DNA of 64,000 nt from Phoronis australis. Lineage: Eukaryota; Animalia; Phoronida. The notes beneath the pieces are model-generated. The model was not told where the DNA came from and did not search any database. It worked only from the letters and a program-made list of their open reading frames with translations. Below, piece after piece: positions 37,901 to 51,100 of the stretch. The position numbers were made by a program, and so were the translations under genes. The DNA lies in contig NMRA01000003.1 in assembly GCA_002633005.1 (NCBI GenBank), positions 1,916,727-1,980,726 of the forward strand. Direction: 5' to 3'. Numbering within the stretch: the first letter of the stretch is position 1; each line of letters begins with the position of its first letter.

Positions 37901-40403
37901 AACGCAGCGTTGCGTTTGCAACAACTTGCCTACGACCGTCGTAGCTACTGCCAGACCTTTGATAACATGGACACCAGCAAAGTCTTCGCAGTTTTGGCGA
38001 TTACCAGGAGCGGATCCAGGATTTTGAGTTAAACCCGCCACTGATCACGTATACCATAAATGATTTTGCGCTCATAGAAATATCCGCGTTATAGTCTAGT
38101 CATATTCGGATGATTAAGTTTATCCAAATAGTAAATATAACAAGAAACACAGGAACAGCAGTAGCTGTTAAGTAAATATGATTGTATGGCTAATAAGTTT
38201 TGTTGTTCACTTTTAATTTGTTAACTCATTTAAGGTCCTCAATTATCACCACTGCTATATATGAGTTAATAAGCTCTTGCTTTCTTTGCCTTTCACTACA
38301 GACAAATATTTAACTACATTATTTATTCTTGAAGGAATAATCAGGTAGTGAGTGAGTGAGTGTTGTAGCTGCGAAGATTAAGTCACTATAGTTCCTTTAT
38401 TCAGTCGTCAATGGAAAGCTGGCAAATAGCGACTGCCTCTGTCGAAGTTTGGATTTTGTTTGAATGACTCCTATCCATGTGTGTGAGGGATGAAACACAA
38501 CATTGACGGGAACTCAAGCAATTAACAAATAAGATATCTAGTTATCTTTTATGATTTTTATGATTCGCTTTGTTGAAGACAGCTAAACCAAGAAAATAAT
38601 TTACATTCTCTGTTTTTGATTCCCAAACTTTCAATACGTGCATTCGAATATTTTGACGACAGGAATGTGACTGCAAGACGACGTAGTTTTGTTATTATAT
38701 AAATCACCAAATGATTGAAATAGTATCTACAAAATTAACTAGCGAAAAACCATGTTACTTACCTCTAACGTGATGTTTGATTTTTATGCGTTTCAATGAT
38801 AAAAATGTACGGATTCATAGGAAATAAGTTACATTGGAAAATAAGTTTCCTGTCCACTCGTCCGTGTGCATAACGTTTCTCTTCATTCGAGGACATGTGT
38901 GAAGAGTTTCCTAATGAGAAAGTCAGTGTTTGCCTGTGTCATTTATTTTAGGGATTTATGTTTGCATCAAATTAGACTAAATTCAACACCTCGCAACAAC
39001 CACTCATTATTCTGACCCAGATTACCCTGGTTACGAACAGCAAGAAAAATACCATCACAAGTTCCAATGTGGTGTGAAGTTGAACAGACATCTATTTACG
39101 AAAAAGTCGAAGACTTTTTTTCTTATAGTGTTCCAGTGCTGTAGTGGGGCGTAGGCGCACGTAAGCGCAGCCAACCACCTTTTGGCATTTGAACGTAACG
39201 TTTACGCATCGCAAGTTACGTTCAGTGCTCAAGGTGGTACGGTGGGCTTTGGGCGCCTACTTACCTCTTATTTTACCACTACAGCACTGTTGCGTTCCGT
39301 CAAAGGAGCGATCTTTTGATTTAGATCACTAATACCGTTACAAAGTCGACGTCAACTTGTTCCTTACTCAAATGAAACTTATTTCTGGTCTTGAAAAGAA
39401 CTTATTAGTTCTGGTGGCTTACCTTATGAGTAACCAACGTGTTACTTCTACTGAACGCCTTGCCGCACACGTCACATTTGTATTTCTTCACAGGGGGAGG
39501 TTTGGTCGGGTCGTTCCTCCTGCCGATGTTCATGGCAGCGCCGAGAGTTAGGAGAGTTGGGTGGATCACGCCCGTGTTGCCACTGGGAGACATAAACAAC
39601 GGACCCCCAAGGCTGGTTGGAACAAGGTGCGGGAACTCCGGGCGGTGCATAAAGAGAGAAGACGATGCCACGGACGGCAAGAAAGGTGGCAAAGGAGGAG
39701 GAAGTCCCCTTCCTAGAGAAGCAAACGGCACTGGTGGCATGAAGCCGTGGTACATGGCATCTGTAAGACTGCTCGTTACTTGAGCTGGAGCAGGGTCGCC
39801 AGATGTGCTCTCGGTAGATTTCGTGGGCGATCCGACGGTAAGTGATGACGAACTGGGTGAAGATGATGGTCTACACGTAGAACTATTTACTGGGGATCTC
39901 CGGTTGTCTCCCTCCCTTACAGATTCTTTATCACTGTCTGAATTTTCGTTCTTCAACGTTGGAGATTCCGATTGCTCAGTGAGTGACAGTTTTTTGTCTG
40001 CTTCCGGTAACAATGGAGTGCTCAAGTAATTCTCTCCTCTTTCGAGTTCCTTCAAGTACTGTGCTGTTCGCATTACCTGGTGACCGGACAAGGGGGGTCT
40101 GGCAAGGTCATACGGCCGGAAAAGTCCTTTTGACCTTGATGAATTTTGGGATTGTTGAAAACTTGAATATGAGGACACCTCAGTGTTCGACTCCACCTTT
40201 AAACTGTCCATGCTTGATTTCAGTGGATAATATCGACGTAATGCGTTCATGTGCATGTCAATGTATCCGTTCAAATACGACAAGCTACCGGATTGTCCCA
40301 GATAAGAGCTCCCTATTCCATCACTCAGGGTGGCGGGACTTTTGAAGGCAGGATTGTGTGTAGTCGCTGGGAGCTTGAGAGGGGGTTCTGGGAATGACAT
40401 CAT
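34925..40403 (-). CDS. C2H2 zinc-finger transcription factor with 8 fingers, Fez(f)-related
   Basis: Exons 40403-39423, 36099-35835, 35653-35486, 35121-34925, phase-consistent. A Ser/Pro-rich N-terminus precedes 8 tandem C2H2 fingers with TGEKP-like linkers. The segments [12 protein letters not shown] and [16 protein letters not shown] resemble Fezf fingers 3-4. Confidence 0.9.
39134..39289. mobile_element. Short palindromic hAT-like MITE in the zinc-finger gene intron
   Basis: Perfect 14-bp TIR cagtgctgtagtgg / ccactacagcactg, internal inverted arms, and a degenerate 8-bp TSD (tagtgttc / ttgcgttc). Confidence 0.75.
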
Positions 40404-40847
40404 GACTGCTGAGAGACTGCCCGACCCACCTCGGCAAGAGCTTAATTTCTGTAGAAAGATGAAAACATAAAACTGTTCACTCAAAAATTGTTGTTTTTAA
40501 CGCTGAGAACCGAACTGAACGCTATTTTTCAACATGCGCTGTGCGCTGGTGTATGCTTTTCTTAACCATTGTAAAAATTGTCAATTGCTTTTATTATTAA
40601 TTTTGTATTCTTATTTTCCATTAGTTTAAAACTAGTTTTCCTTATTTTGCTATTGCTCTCTATAGTACTGTACTACTGCACCAATTAAACATTCCTGTCA
40701 ATTATTTTTATAGGTTTCGAATTGATCAACGATTTACTGATGGAAAATTTCTGATAAGCGGAATTCACTGTTATAGCCTACGCTGGAGTTAGCATCAAAT
40801 ATTTATCCAAAACTATAATAGTACCAATTGGTATTATCGTACCTTAC

Positions 40848-41060
40848 CTCAATAACTCGTAATTTCTCTACTCTCAATTCGGCTTCTGTTGTCGAACTGA
40901 GTGTGTCGGTTTACTGTCTTACGTTTATCAGTAGCGTGTGCAGCTGTTTTGATCCTGCCAGTCGTAATATACTCATTGAACCCCACGTGCGCAGGTAGGT
41001 TATTGGCTGACCGAAAGACTGGCTTAACCTATTGTTCGTTTAAAGGCTGTGATTGGTTGA
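40848..41060 (-). promoter_or_regulatory. Probable non-coding first exon and proximal promoter of the zinc-finger gene
   Basis: Minus-strand donor GAG|gtaagg at 40848 pairs with acceptor tacag| at 40448. CCAAT boxes at ~41002 and ~41051 and an E-box CACGTG at ~40984 lie upstream. Confidence 0.5.
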
Positions 41061-42699
41061 AATACCCGTAGTCTCTGCTCGAGTCACTTGTGAAATTAAG
41101 TGTGAATAGTGTTACGTTAACATCCAACAGTGTTTGCCGCGACTGAAATCAAAAGTAGTGCCAGAGGTTTGTCATCATTTTAACATCCGGCTAAATCGGC
41201 TAAAACGTAAGAAATCAAAAAAAAAATTAGAGAATCATGTTGCTGCAATAAAAAATCAACTCTTCAAAGAGAAATAATTAATATTAATTTCTGATCAATC
41301 ATGCATATCTTTCCTTGTGGATTCATCTTAATTGAAAAGATAGTCAAAGTTAAAATTTATTGAAAAGAAAACCAGAAAAAATAAATACATAAAGCACTGA
41401 ATTAGTTCGGTGCACAGACAACTTTATGAAAATTCAGGAATTTAAATATATCACGCAGCCCTCAGACTATAAAACCAGCACACTGGGTCTATAAGTCGAT
41501 ATCAACCACTAAATAATTGCTCTGTGCTTACGATTAATGAAGGATAGAGCACTCAATGCATCGTTAACGTAAAATTTTGGCGTACTTTTATATGAGAAAA
41601 TATGATAATCTGAAGAAAGAAGTTGACAAAATAAGACCGGTTAAAATCCCGGAAATAAGAAGACTGATATTTTTTTTAAAGTAGGCGTTGTTTAAAAAAA
41701 TCTATAAGTTTTCCAGCCCAAAATAATATCAATGTTCAATATTTTGTCTGTTGAAGAATCTGTTTCTTCACCTTTTGTCGCGCACAACGATAAAAGACAA
41801 AATTTTCTTAAAAAAACATAAATAAAGTGAACTTCTCTGTGAAGGATTTGGCAAAAGGATGTATTTTTTCGCGTAGGGTTATGAACGTGCAGCTGTATTG
41901 GTAAAGCCGCAGGGGGTTGGCGACTTGCGTGCAAAATTTGTCAACAGTTTATAATTCTTCCACGAAATACATTTTCAATGACTATTGTGCGTAGGCAGAA
42001 TGATCTATGGGCTTAGCGTTTACACAGGAACCGCTCATTTGAGTTATCAAATTGGAAACTCTTATCTAACATTGAGTAAGCAAGCGTTCTTGTTACCCAA
42101 TGGGCAACTCAATTCAAAGGTTATTGGGCAAACAAGGTTTTGTTGATTCCATAGTGGTCACCTGGGCGTCCGCCGATTTGATGCTGGGAAGAACAGAGGA
42201 TCAAAGGGTTTGCTAAACAAGCTTGCCTTTCCTCTATACTTTCCGTCACCCGTTGTTGAAGTCAATCCCTTGAGTAAACAATTCAACATATTTCCATGAG
42301 GTCAATCACCCTCAACAGAAGCAGTGGTCGATTCTATTTGTTTCCACTGTGACTCAACTTTCGATGCTCAATTATTGTTACTATGAATTTCACTCGAATA
42401 AACAATTTCCAACAAATAATACACTTTTCTTTTTTTCAAATAAGTAATTAATAAAATCTCGGAGTGTTGGTTGCATTGTTGTGACCATTGTATTATATTT
42501 TACTATTAATCTAATCTTATAGTGAATATAATTTTGTTTGTATTCTAAACTGTAAAAGCCCCATGTCACGCCATATTGGATGTCATAATGAATTAAACTG
42601 AATATTGTGTTACAATGGAGTATTCGATCGCAAAAAACAATGGTTCCGTTTGATACCAGGAACACATATACAATATATTTTAATAGTCAGCGAGAAGAG

Positions 42700-43400
42700 G
42701 AAAGTAGACTTTTTTGAGAAGGTGACTCAAGCTTTATGCGACCATGACGGTCAATGAGAGAAATGTGCAAATGACACTCTTCGGGACAATGTTGATTAAG
42801 AAACAGCGGCATCAACCAAAACGAAATTAAACGTACCGTTCAGTCTCTCAAAAATAGGAAATTGCCGGGTGAGGACGGTATACCAAATGAACTTTTCAAG
42901 TCATCTGTCGAATTCTACCTGCAGTTTTGCATGACCTTGTTAGAGCTTTCAAAATAGTATGAGGATTTTTCCTGAAGCTTGGTCCAAGAGCATTATCGTA
43001 CTACTACATAAAAAGGGAGACAAAGGTAACCCAAGCAATTAAAAAGGAATATTTTTACTCGACAGCATAAGTAAAATATTTGCATCCATTCTCAACAAGA
43101 GGCTCACTGCCCAAACGTGAATGAATCTCAGAGGAACAAGTCGCTTTTCGCGCAAAACATTCAACAGTAAAAAGATTACATTGCAGAACTTGATCCAGAA
43201 ATACTTGACAAAACGGGAAGGAAACGTCGATTCGCATATATAAGCATTTGACCGCGTCGAGGTTCTCTGCATTTTATGTGTTACGTGCGAAGGGTATGCA
43301 CGGCAAAACGTATAAAATACGGATCATGTTTTAACATGGTTTTAAAAAATCCGCTGCCAGACAACCCCAATTTTTTGTTGTAAAACCGGTTTCAGGCAAA
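42700..43400 (+). mobile_element. Degenerate non-LTR reverse-transcriptase fragment
   Basis: Frameshifted peptides LKNRKLPGEDGIPNELFK, PEAWSKSIIVLLHKKGDKGNPSN*KGIFLL..ISKIFASILNKRL and ISEEQVAFR are typical N-terminal RT motifs of LINE ORF2. Confidence 0.8.
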
Positions 43401-44787
43401 GATGCATTCTATTTGTTATGTTTGTGGCTGTTTTAGTTTCTACATGGTGGCAGAAGAATCTATGTTAATGCTGACTGCACGGTTAACTGCTCTCGAATGA
43501 CCTCACTGGTGTTGATGAGGAGACAAAAATGTATTTTGCAGGCGTCGTTATTAACACTTTCTATGAAATTGACAGTTGAGACACGCCCAGATCTCTACAC
43601 CATAGCTTGAAATTGTCACTGCCCTGTACTGGGTGATGTGAGCCGAGATTTGTTGATGAAAAAGATAGATGATGCACTAGTAGTTAATTTATTTCGAAGT
43701 AATGATCCTTTCGAATCAAAAAGCCTGGTGCTCTATATTTCAAGAGCAACAGTACTAAGAGCTGAGCTTTTATCATTGTTCAGTTGTATTTTAAATTATA
43801 TTGCGGGACCAGGGGCTACATACAATAAACATTTCAAATTCTGATAACCTGCCTTATTAGAAACATCGAAAAAGGGGTTCCATCCAGAAAAAAAAAACAG
43901 ACGTCGCCCGAAAGTGTAGTGCTGGAACACTGAATTGTCTCAGTAAAACTGCTTTATTCTGGCAAATATCGCTCACAGAACCGCATAACAGGTTTTTCAA
44001 GTAATCAGATCAACAAAAGCAAAAAAGGTCACATCAAGGAGCTAACTAAGCTGAGAATTTAGAGTCCGTTCCTGGTCCAGCAAGTCCTGAAGTCAGTGAG
44101 GACATCAAGGTTCACGCCGTCGTGATGTTTGAAAATACATGACACAAAAGCCTCTGCTTACTCGCTAACCAACGACCAATTATCTTGACTTTAATGTCCA
44201 TTGATCGTTACAGGATTACCCCAAAATTACAGAGGCCTCCATAGATATCAATTCAGGCGGTGTAAGTCATGAGGTAACGGTTGCTTAAATTAATAGGATT
44301 ACAGGTGATAGGTTTGGCTGGGGGCTATTCATTCCCTAGCGCCAGCTATGTTCCTTGGAATACAGGCTGAACCCTCACGGGCGCCAAGCTCACGCGACGC
44401 AATTGACCTGTCGGTTCGCGCACAGAGGTGAGAATCGGTGCATTTGCGGGTACATTAACACTTTAACAAATAACCAACAATTACTTCAACGAAAATCAAG
44501 CAGATTATTCTATTGATCGAACAGTTGGAGTTCCAAGTGCCAGCACTGAACTGATGGTAAGAAAATGGATGTAAAACGTTGGCCAGGGAACCATTAGTTT
44601 CAATGTCGTCAACCTAGAAATTCCCCAACATGTTATATTAAACTTCTAACGCTGGTAAGAAAATAAATCAATGTATATAAGTAAGGGTAGATGGGACGAA
44701 GTATTGATTAGCATACACACGATTTATAAAATATAATTACCAAACAAATAACATAATGATATGCATATGAATTGGAGATCTGAGACT

Positions 44788-45115
44788 TTCGCCTGCTTAC
44801 TGGGTACCACCTGACACTTGCAGTACTTGCGGGAGAGTAAACGGGATGATATTCTGCTTGTTCACCGGTGGCTACCTGCCACATGCAGCACGCTGTGATC
44901 AGTGTTATATTCTGCCTGTTCACTTGGGATCACCAAACAAAACGGTACTTGCGGGGCTGTGAACAGTATAATATTCTGCCTCTTCACTGGGGACCACCTG
45001 ACAAAACAGTATTTGCAGGGCTGTGAACAGTATATTTTACCTGTTCACTGTGGACCACGTGACACATACAGAATTTGCGGTGCCGTAACCAGGATAATAT
45101 TCCGACGATGAACAG
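44788..45115. repeat. Degenerate ~60-bp tandem repeat x ~5
   Basis: Recurrent atattctgcctgttcactgggga/ccacctgaca..gtacttgcggggctgtgaacag units. Confidence 0.75.
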
Positions 45116-48100
45116 GGATATTTTTATTAATTTAAAATAAACTTAATGTGCGAATATATTAAAATTATGGTCCCAGCGAAACTTACGCAAGCAACTTTCT
45201 ACCCCATGTCACTCATGTAAAAGACGTTTGCAATATTTATTTAATCGATGAACGAATCCCCAAGGGGAAATAGGTTAATTTAGTGGCCATAATCCTTGGT
45301 AGTTTCCCGGATGTGTAGTATGGCGAGATCCGCACTTCGTTAAGATGTTTAACCTAGTTCCTCTGTTTGAAATTTCTTTTTCAAACAATACCTTGATAAT
45401 AGAATTACGCTTTCTACACTGGGATGATGGACATTGCGCTGAGTATACAGCGCGAATAAAACCGTATGGAAACAGGTAAAAACACTTTGAATCCAGTAAA
45501 ACATATGTTAAAAAACGCCAGCTTTCGAGCCTTGATGGGCGCAGCTCTTAATCAGGTTGCGTGAAAGGCTTACACAGATCACTTCAATGTGTTCATACCT
45601 GATAAAGAACCGCGCCCAGGCTCGAAAACTGGTGCTTTTTAATAACATTTTTTTATTTTTACCGAATTTTAAAGTGTATTTACCGGTTTCTTTATTATCT
45701 AATTTTTTCCATTCTCGACATACATCATTTTTAGCGAATGAAACGAATGTTTTTTGTAATTTTCCTGAAAACATGTAATGAGTTTACTCTATCAAAGAAA
45801 GTAGCAACGCCGAATTTAGACTTCACGGCACCGGAAGCTAAGAGAAGCCTTGGGCGCTACTGATTCAACGTGACTGGGGAATGAAACATGTGAATCATAA
45901 TGATCTGTTTAATTTTGGAGACTATGATGACGGCGTGTTGGAAAATATGAGAACTGACTGTGTTAACCCGATGTGTTTCTTTGAACTGAAGACTGCATAA
46001 GTATACATTCAGTCTCTAATTTTGAAGGCTAAAACATTATATATAGATTGAGATAACAAGCTATATTAGTTCTAAAGAATATACTAATTTAGTAACAGGC
46101 TATAAATGATATGAAATATAGATGTCTTATAAACCGAAAGAATAAATACAATATCTACAAAATTTACACCAAAAACACAATTATACTTATAAAAACGGCT
46201 GTTGATTAAAGAATCTACGATGAAGTCTCACCTAGTATTTCGTTAAAAATAATTCCCAAAATTGACCTCTCTTCATTCTTCAAAGGTTTCAATGATTGTG
46301 AGTGCCCACAACTGGTTAAAACAATGTCTAATTGTATATAAAGCAAAGAACTTGAAGACGATAAAGCATTGGTTAGGTGGATACTTGTCTTTTATAAAAC
46401 AGAAAATTTAAGAATCATTTTTTCGCCATATTACGCCTTAATTTAGTGATATTGTACTGTTGCTTTCCAAAAAGTGAATGCAAAACAGAGTTACACTTTC
46501 TGTTAGCGCTCATGTCTGCGATTTTTAAAGTAAAATAATATTATGCATCTTTTTATTATGTTTACACAGTCAAATGATTTTATTGTTATTGTCAAAGGCC
46601 CGCACGAGATTATCTTTCTCATTCGCACTAAAAGACAATAAAAAATATCAACGTTACTAGAAGTTAACTGAGTGTCCTTAAGTACACTGCGGAGACCTGT
46701 TTTGAAAGTTGTGTGAAAATTTTCACTATTTGAATGAAGCAACTATAAGCCCGCCTTCGGTAAATACTGACTTGATTTAGACATCTCACCGTTATGAAAC
46801 GCCTCTCACTCTTTTCGTTTTGGTCTATTCAAAACCATTTTTCGACAAAAGGACAATTTTACAGAATGTTTACGTGCGGTATTCATATAACTAGGGATTA
46901 TTTTGTTCTTCGCGAACCCCTGAACTGCCGAAAGGGGGGGATTTCAAAACTGAGACAGGCGTGTGAAATGCTAAGGACAACGTTTACAACGCATCTAAAC
47001 ATTATATTAAATCAACGAAAATATCTATGATGTTATGTTAAGGTATGAAAAGATTACATAGCTTCGCGTAACGGTATATGTAAGTATACCCAATAATGGC
47101 AACATCAAGCTATTAAAAGTCAAATTAAAAACTCGCCAGGTCTGTTTACAAAGAATGTAGTGAAATCTAAAAGTTTCCGTTGTTATTCTGTACACGTTCC
47201 ATTCAAGTGAGTTTGTAGTAATAGAAATGGGCATCAGTTAAGGGGTGTATAAAGAGAAGGAGGGTGAATTCTTCGATAATGGCCTGTTCTTAACACAGCT
47301 AAGATTGTCATTGATTTGCTAGTCTCGTAAAATATTGTATTGCTGAAAAATTAGTGTTTCATTGCCTGACATAAGTATTATCGGCACTCTCACATCCATT
47401 TCCAAATGAAAATTTGTATAGAATTTCCATTTTTAGAACACCAAGTTGCGCAATAATGTAACACTGGGATTAACTGTTTCAAACATTTATCAATTTATGT
47501 CTTGTCCTCAGGTATGCTATTAAGCACAAGCTTCGTACAAAGTCGCACTAGACATTTCCGCGTCGCTATGGTGTGAAAAGGTACACAAATCGTTTTTCAC
47601 AAAATTTGAGTAAAAAAATCTCACATCACCAAAATACTCTATTTGGACGTTAATTCTAATACGTCAGAAACTAACCCGGCAAAAGGTGTTTGGTGTATGA
47701 AATCCTGGAATCTGTACCAATCATACAATAACTATTTAGTGGAATGTAAACAAACTCTACTCGTTGTAACAATTTGTTGTTACACCTCCGTTTCCAATTT
47801 ATTTGTATGAGGTGTGCTTTATTAACATTTTTAAAAACAAAAATTTACAAATACCTCTTTTGAGCCAAAATGTGCAAAACTGGTACTTTTCCTTCTTAAT
47901 CCCTTTTTGCGCAAGACCTCTAGAAATTTTCATCTATATATCTCCGATTTTTTCGATTTTGTTACTATTCCTTGTAACGCTACATTCGCTTTCACCAAGA
48001 GGCATAATTTGAGAATAAGTCTAGACTAAATGTTTAGCGGTAAAAATTGGTTATGTGAAGTTTTCAACTAAAATGAAACAGCAAGGGTATTATCAAGACT

Positions 48101-51100
48101 ACAATAAAATGTAATTGTCTCTCAAAAACTAATTACAAGAGCAGTCCAAGGTGTATAAAATCTACGTCCTACGACGTACCTCTGATGATAACGCCCGGCT
48201 AAGCCAAAATAGATTTATACATAGAGGTAAGCATAAGGGATAATTGTTAACACAAACACGGACGTTAGAGCAAATCACAGTTCACCATACTAAAACAATA
48301 AGAGTAGCGCACTCACTGACTCTCTCCGTTATCTAAGATTACAATCATATATCGCCTTTCGGATTGCGCAATCTATTTAGATAGTAATTACGCTTAAAAA
48401 CAAACGATCAGCTTAGCGATACGCATGGGGTCAGTGAGTACGAAATGAGCCTCTCTGATGCACTTCCCTCGTAACTGATAGAACAAGAGTAGCTTGGTTT
48501 GGCAAGACAAATACGAATTGAAGTTTTTATTGTGAAAGCGTAACATCGAGACATTAGCGAATTTGATGGGAACTTATCGAGAACAGTTGATGATGAAGGT
48601 GTGTTATCACTGCCAGAGGTCATTCTTTCTGTTTAGACAATCAATCCAGCGGGAGGTTTCAATAAACAGCAGGGGGCATTCGGTGCAGTTTGAAACAGAA
48701 ACGAACACTTGGTGTTTGATGACGCAACTGGACACTCAAGTGCGTACGATCACCGTGGGTACATTGAGGCACTCCACTGTTATTGTAAATCACATCTGTA
48801 TGAGTCCTGAATGTGAAATGTCCTGTGGTTATCTTGTTGGCGAGGATATCATAATACTCATACACAAGTTTAGCACAACATATAGGAAACTGCCATATCT
48901 GCTTTGGAAAACAAGAAATTCTCAATCAACAAAAAATATAAACTCACTCAAATTAACTTCAAACGGCACAAATTTAATGTGTAAGCCTACTAGAGATTTC
49001 CGCCACAATCCCTCAAATTGTACTCTCGTGATGGGCCCAACGTCATCCGAATATAAGTGGCGTGAGCCGGTCCATGGGCTTTTAACAAGACTTTATCCAC
49101 GCTTAGAACCAATCAGCAGGTCAGTCTGTTGTTTTAGTTGCTCGTTTGTAACCATTGTAAATGTTATTAGGGACATATTTGGAACTAGGCAAAGAGAAAA
49201 TAATTGAATCATATTCCACACACCAAGAGCTTTACAAATTTTAATATATATTCTCTTGTCCTGTTTTGTTTTGTTTCATTTCGCTTATTCAACCTGGTGC
49301 TGAGGATGTTACAAAGTGGTGTAGATTAAGTCACGATTTAATGTGTCAAAACTGATATGTCTTCACATCATGACGACTCAGCGTACATAAGCATTCAGGA
49401 TTGTTTTTGACATTCGCTGGAATACTCACGGTGACATTCGTTAGGCCTTTGCTTTGTGTTTTAATTGTTGTTATTCTTCATGAGTTCCTTTCAACCTTGC
49501 ACCGAAGTCATTCGTCGTCTTGCAAAAGGTTTCTCTGAATTTTTAAGGCGCCTTTAGCCGTCACGCAGTAACGTAAGTTCATACCTTGAATTGAACCGGC
49601 AATTGATGCCATCGTAACTCGTTGTAACAGGCGGGGTCAAACAAGTAAGAACCAATATTTTGGTCAATTAAAGCTCACGTTTTCATTCATTAACAACTTC
49701 AACCACGTACCGAATAGTTGGCATATCGAAAATAAATAGTACATCAATGTCTATTTCGCAATGTTATTTAATATAACAACATATTCTGTAACAAATACTT
49801 TGCCTTTTAAAGGTAATGCGTTGAATAACAAATACCATTGTTCAAATTAAGGATGCGCTGCCAGGTAACAAAGATACGTACACACTGACCTGACACCGCT
49901 TTCGGCTCGCATTCTGCTGGTCTCCGTGGATCGATTTCACAACTTCATGTTAAATTTTTGTTGTACTCGCGTTCATTCTTTGTAAACTGTATTTAGTGGT
50001 ACGTTCCTTGTAGCTGCCGGGCAAGCCATCGTGTGGAGACGCCAGGCTATGGACTATGGAGTGTTAATTAATATACCTTTAACTTAAATGATTAAACGTG
50101 TTCAACCAAATTTTGCATTGTAGTTTCGGTAATGTGCGACATGCATCTGACGTAATACTACCCCTCTTGACAACAAAGTCGTCGTATATCTCACAAAAGA
50201 ACTTAGGCACATTAAATTTAGAAAGTGCGTGTTGAATCTCAAACACAGAAAAAAAACGAAACTGTATCACATGCATCAAACAGTGGTAAAGAATACCACA
50301 AGTTTACAGCTCGTCGTATTTCTTTTATGTTATGTGTATTCGGGCTGCAGTACATTGAAACTTAATTACTCGTCTGGACTATTTAGGTGTGTACATACAG
50401 ATTGATAAATTTATAGAAAGTCATAAATACAAATCAAGGTTATATAGGACCCTAGGAAAATGTTCAAATTTGGCCAACTTCGGAACATCATATCTCAGAC
50501 ATGGCTGACTGGATTCATGTGACACTTTCAGTTACTATGCTATCCCAAAACACGACTAGGAAGTATTATAAAAATATTCCTCGTTTGCATGAAATGCTAT
50601 CAAAATAGGACTTTATGGTTTATATGAACGAAAAAGAAATGAGAAGTTAGAAGCTGTGACACGTTTTTTAGATTTCTTGTTGAACATTTGTCTGAAACGA
50701 TATCTGATCATGGTATTGAAACCGTCGTTGTGCTCTGAATGTATCTTTCTTTTTTCCACGTTTTGCTAAAAAGACAGTTTCGTAACTCAATTAATTGGAT
50801 GATGGTATAAAGCCAAAATCAAATTTTACAGATTTTCGAGTTTAAAAAAACATGTAGGCCTGCTTTCATTAATTTAAAATCAAAATTTTTGTAAACATTA
50901 TTATTAAATTGACAGATTTGTCGATAATGTCTAACACAACCAAGTTTATTTTTCAGTAAACATATATTGCTTCGTCTGTAACTGAAACCTGCAATAAATC
51001 CATCACCATCTCAAATTTCACCATGGAAGCATGATTACGATAAACAGGCAATTTATTTTTGGGCGTAAAGTTATTACCCGCGAGTTTTGTGAAAGCTTCT

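Noticed and set aside
39439-40345. Plus-strand ORFs overlapping the zinc-finger exon
   Set aside because: These are antisense shadows of a GC-richer coding exon.
48563-49207. 214-aa plus-strand ORF
   Set aside because: It has a non-ATG start call, no recognisable domain and no convincing splice context. It may be the antisense of a decayed TE.
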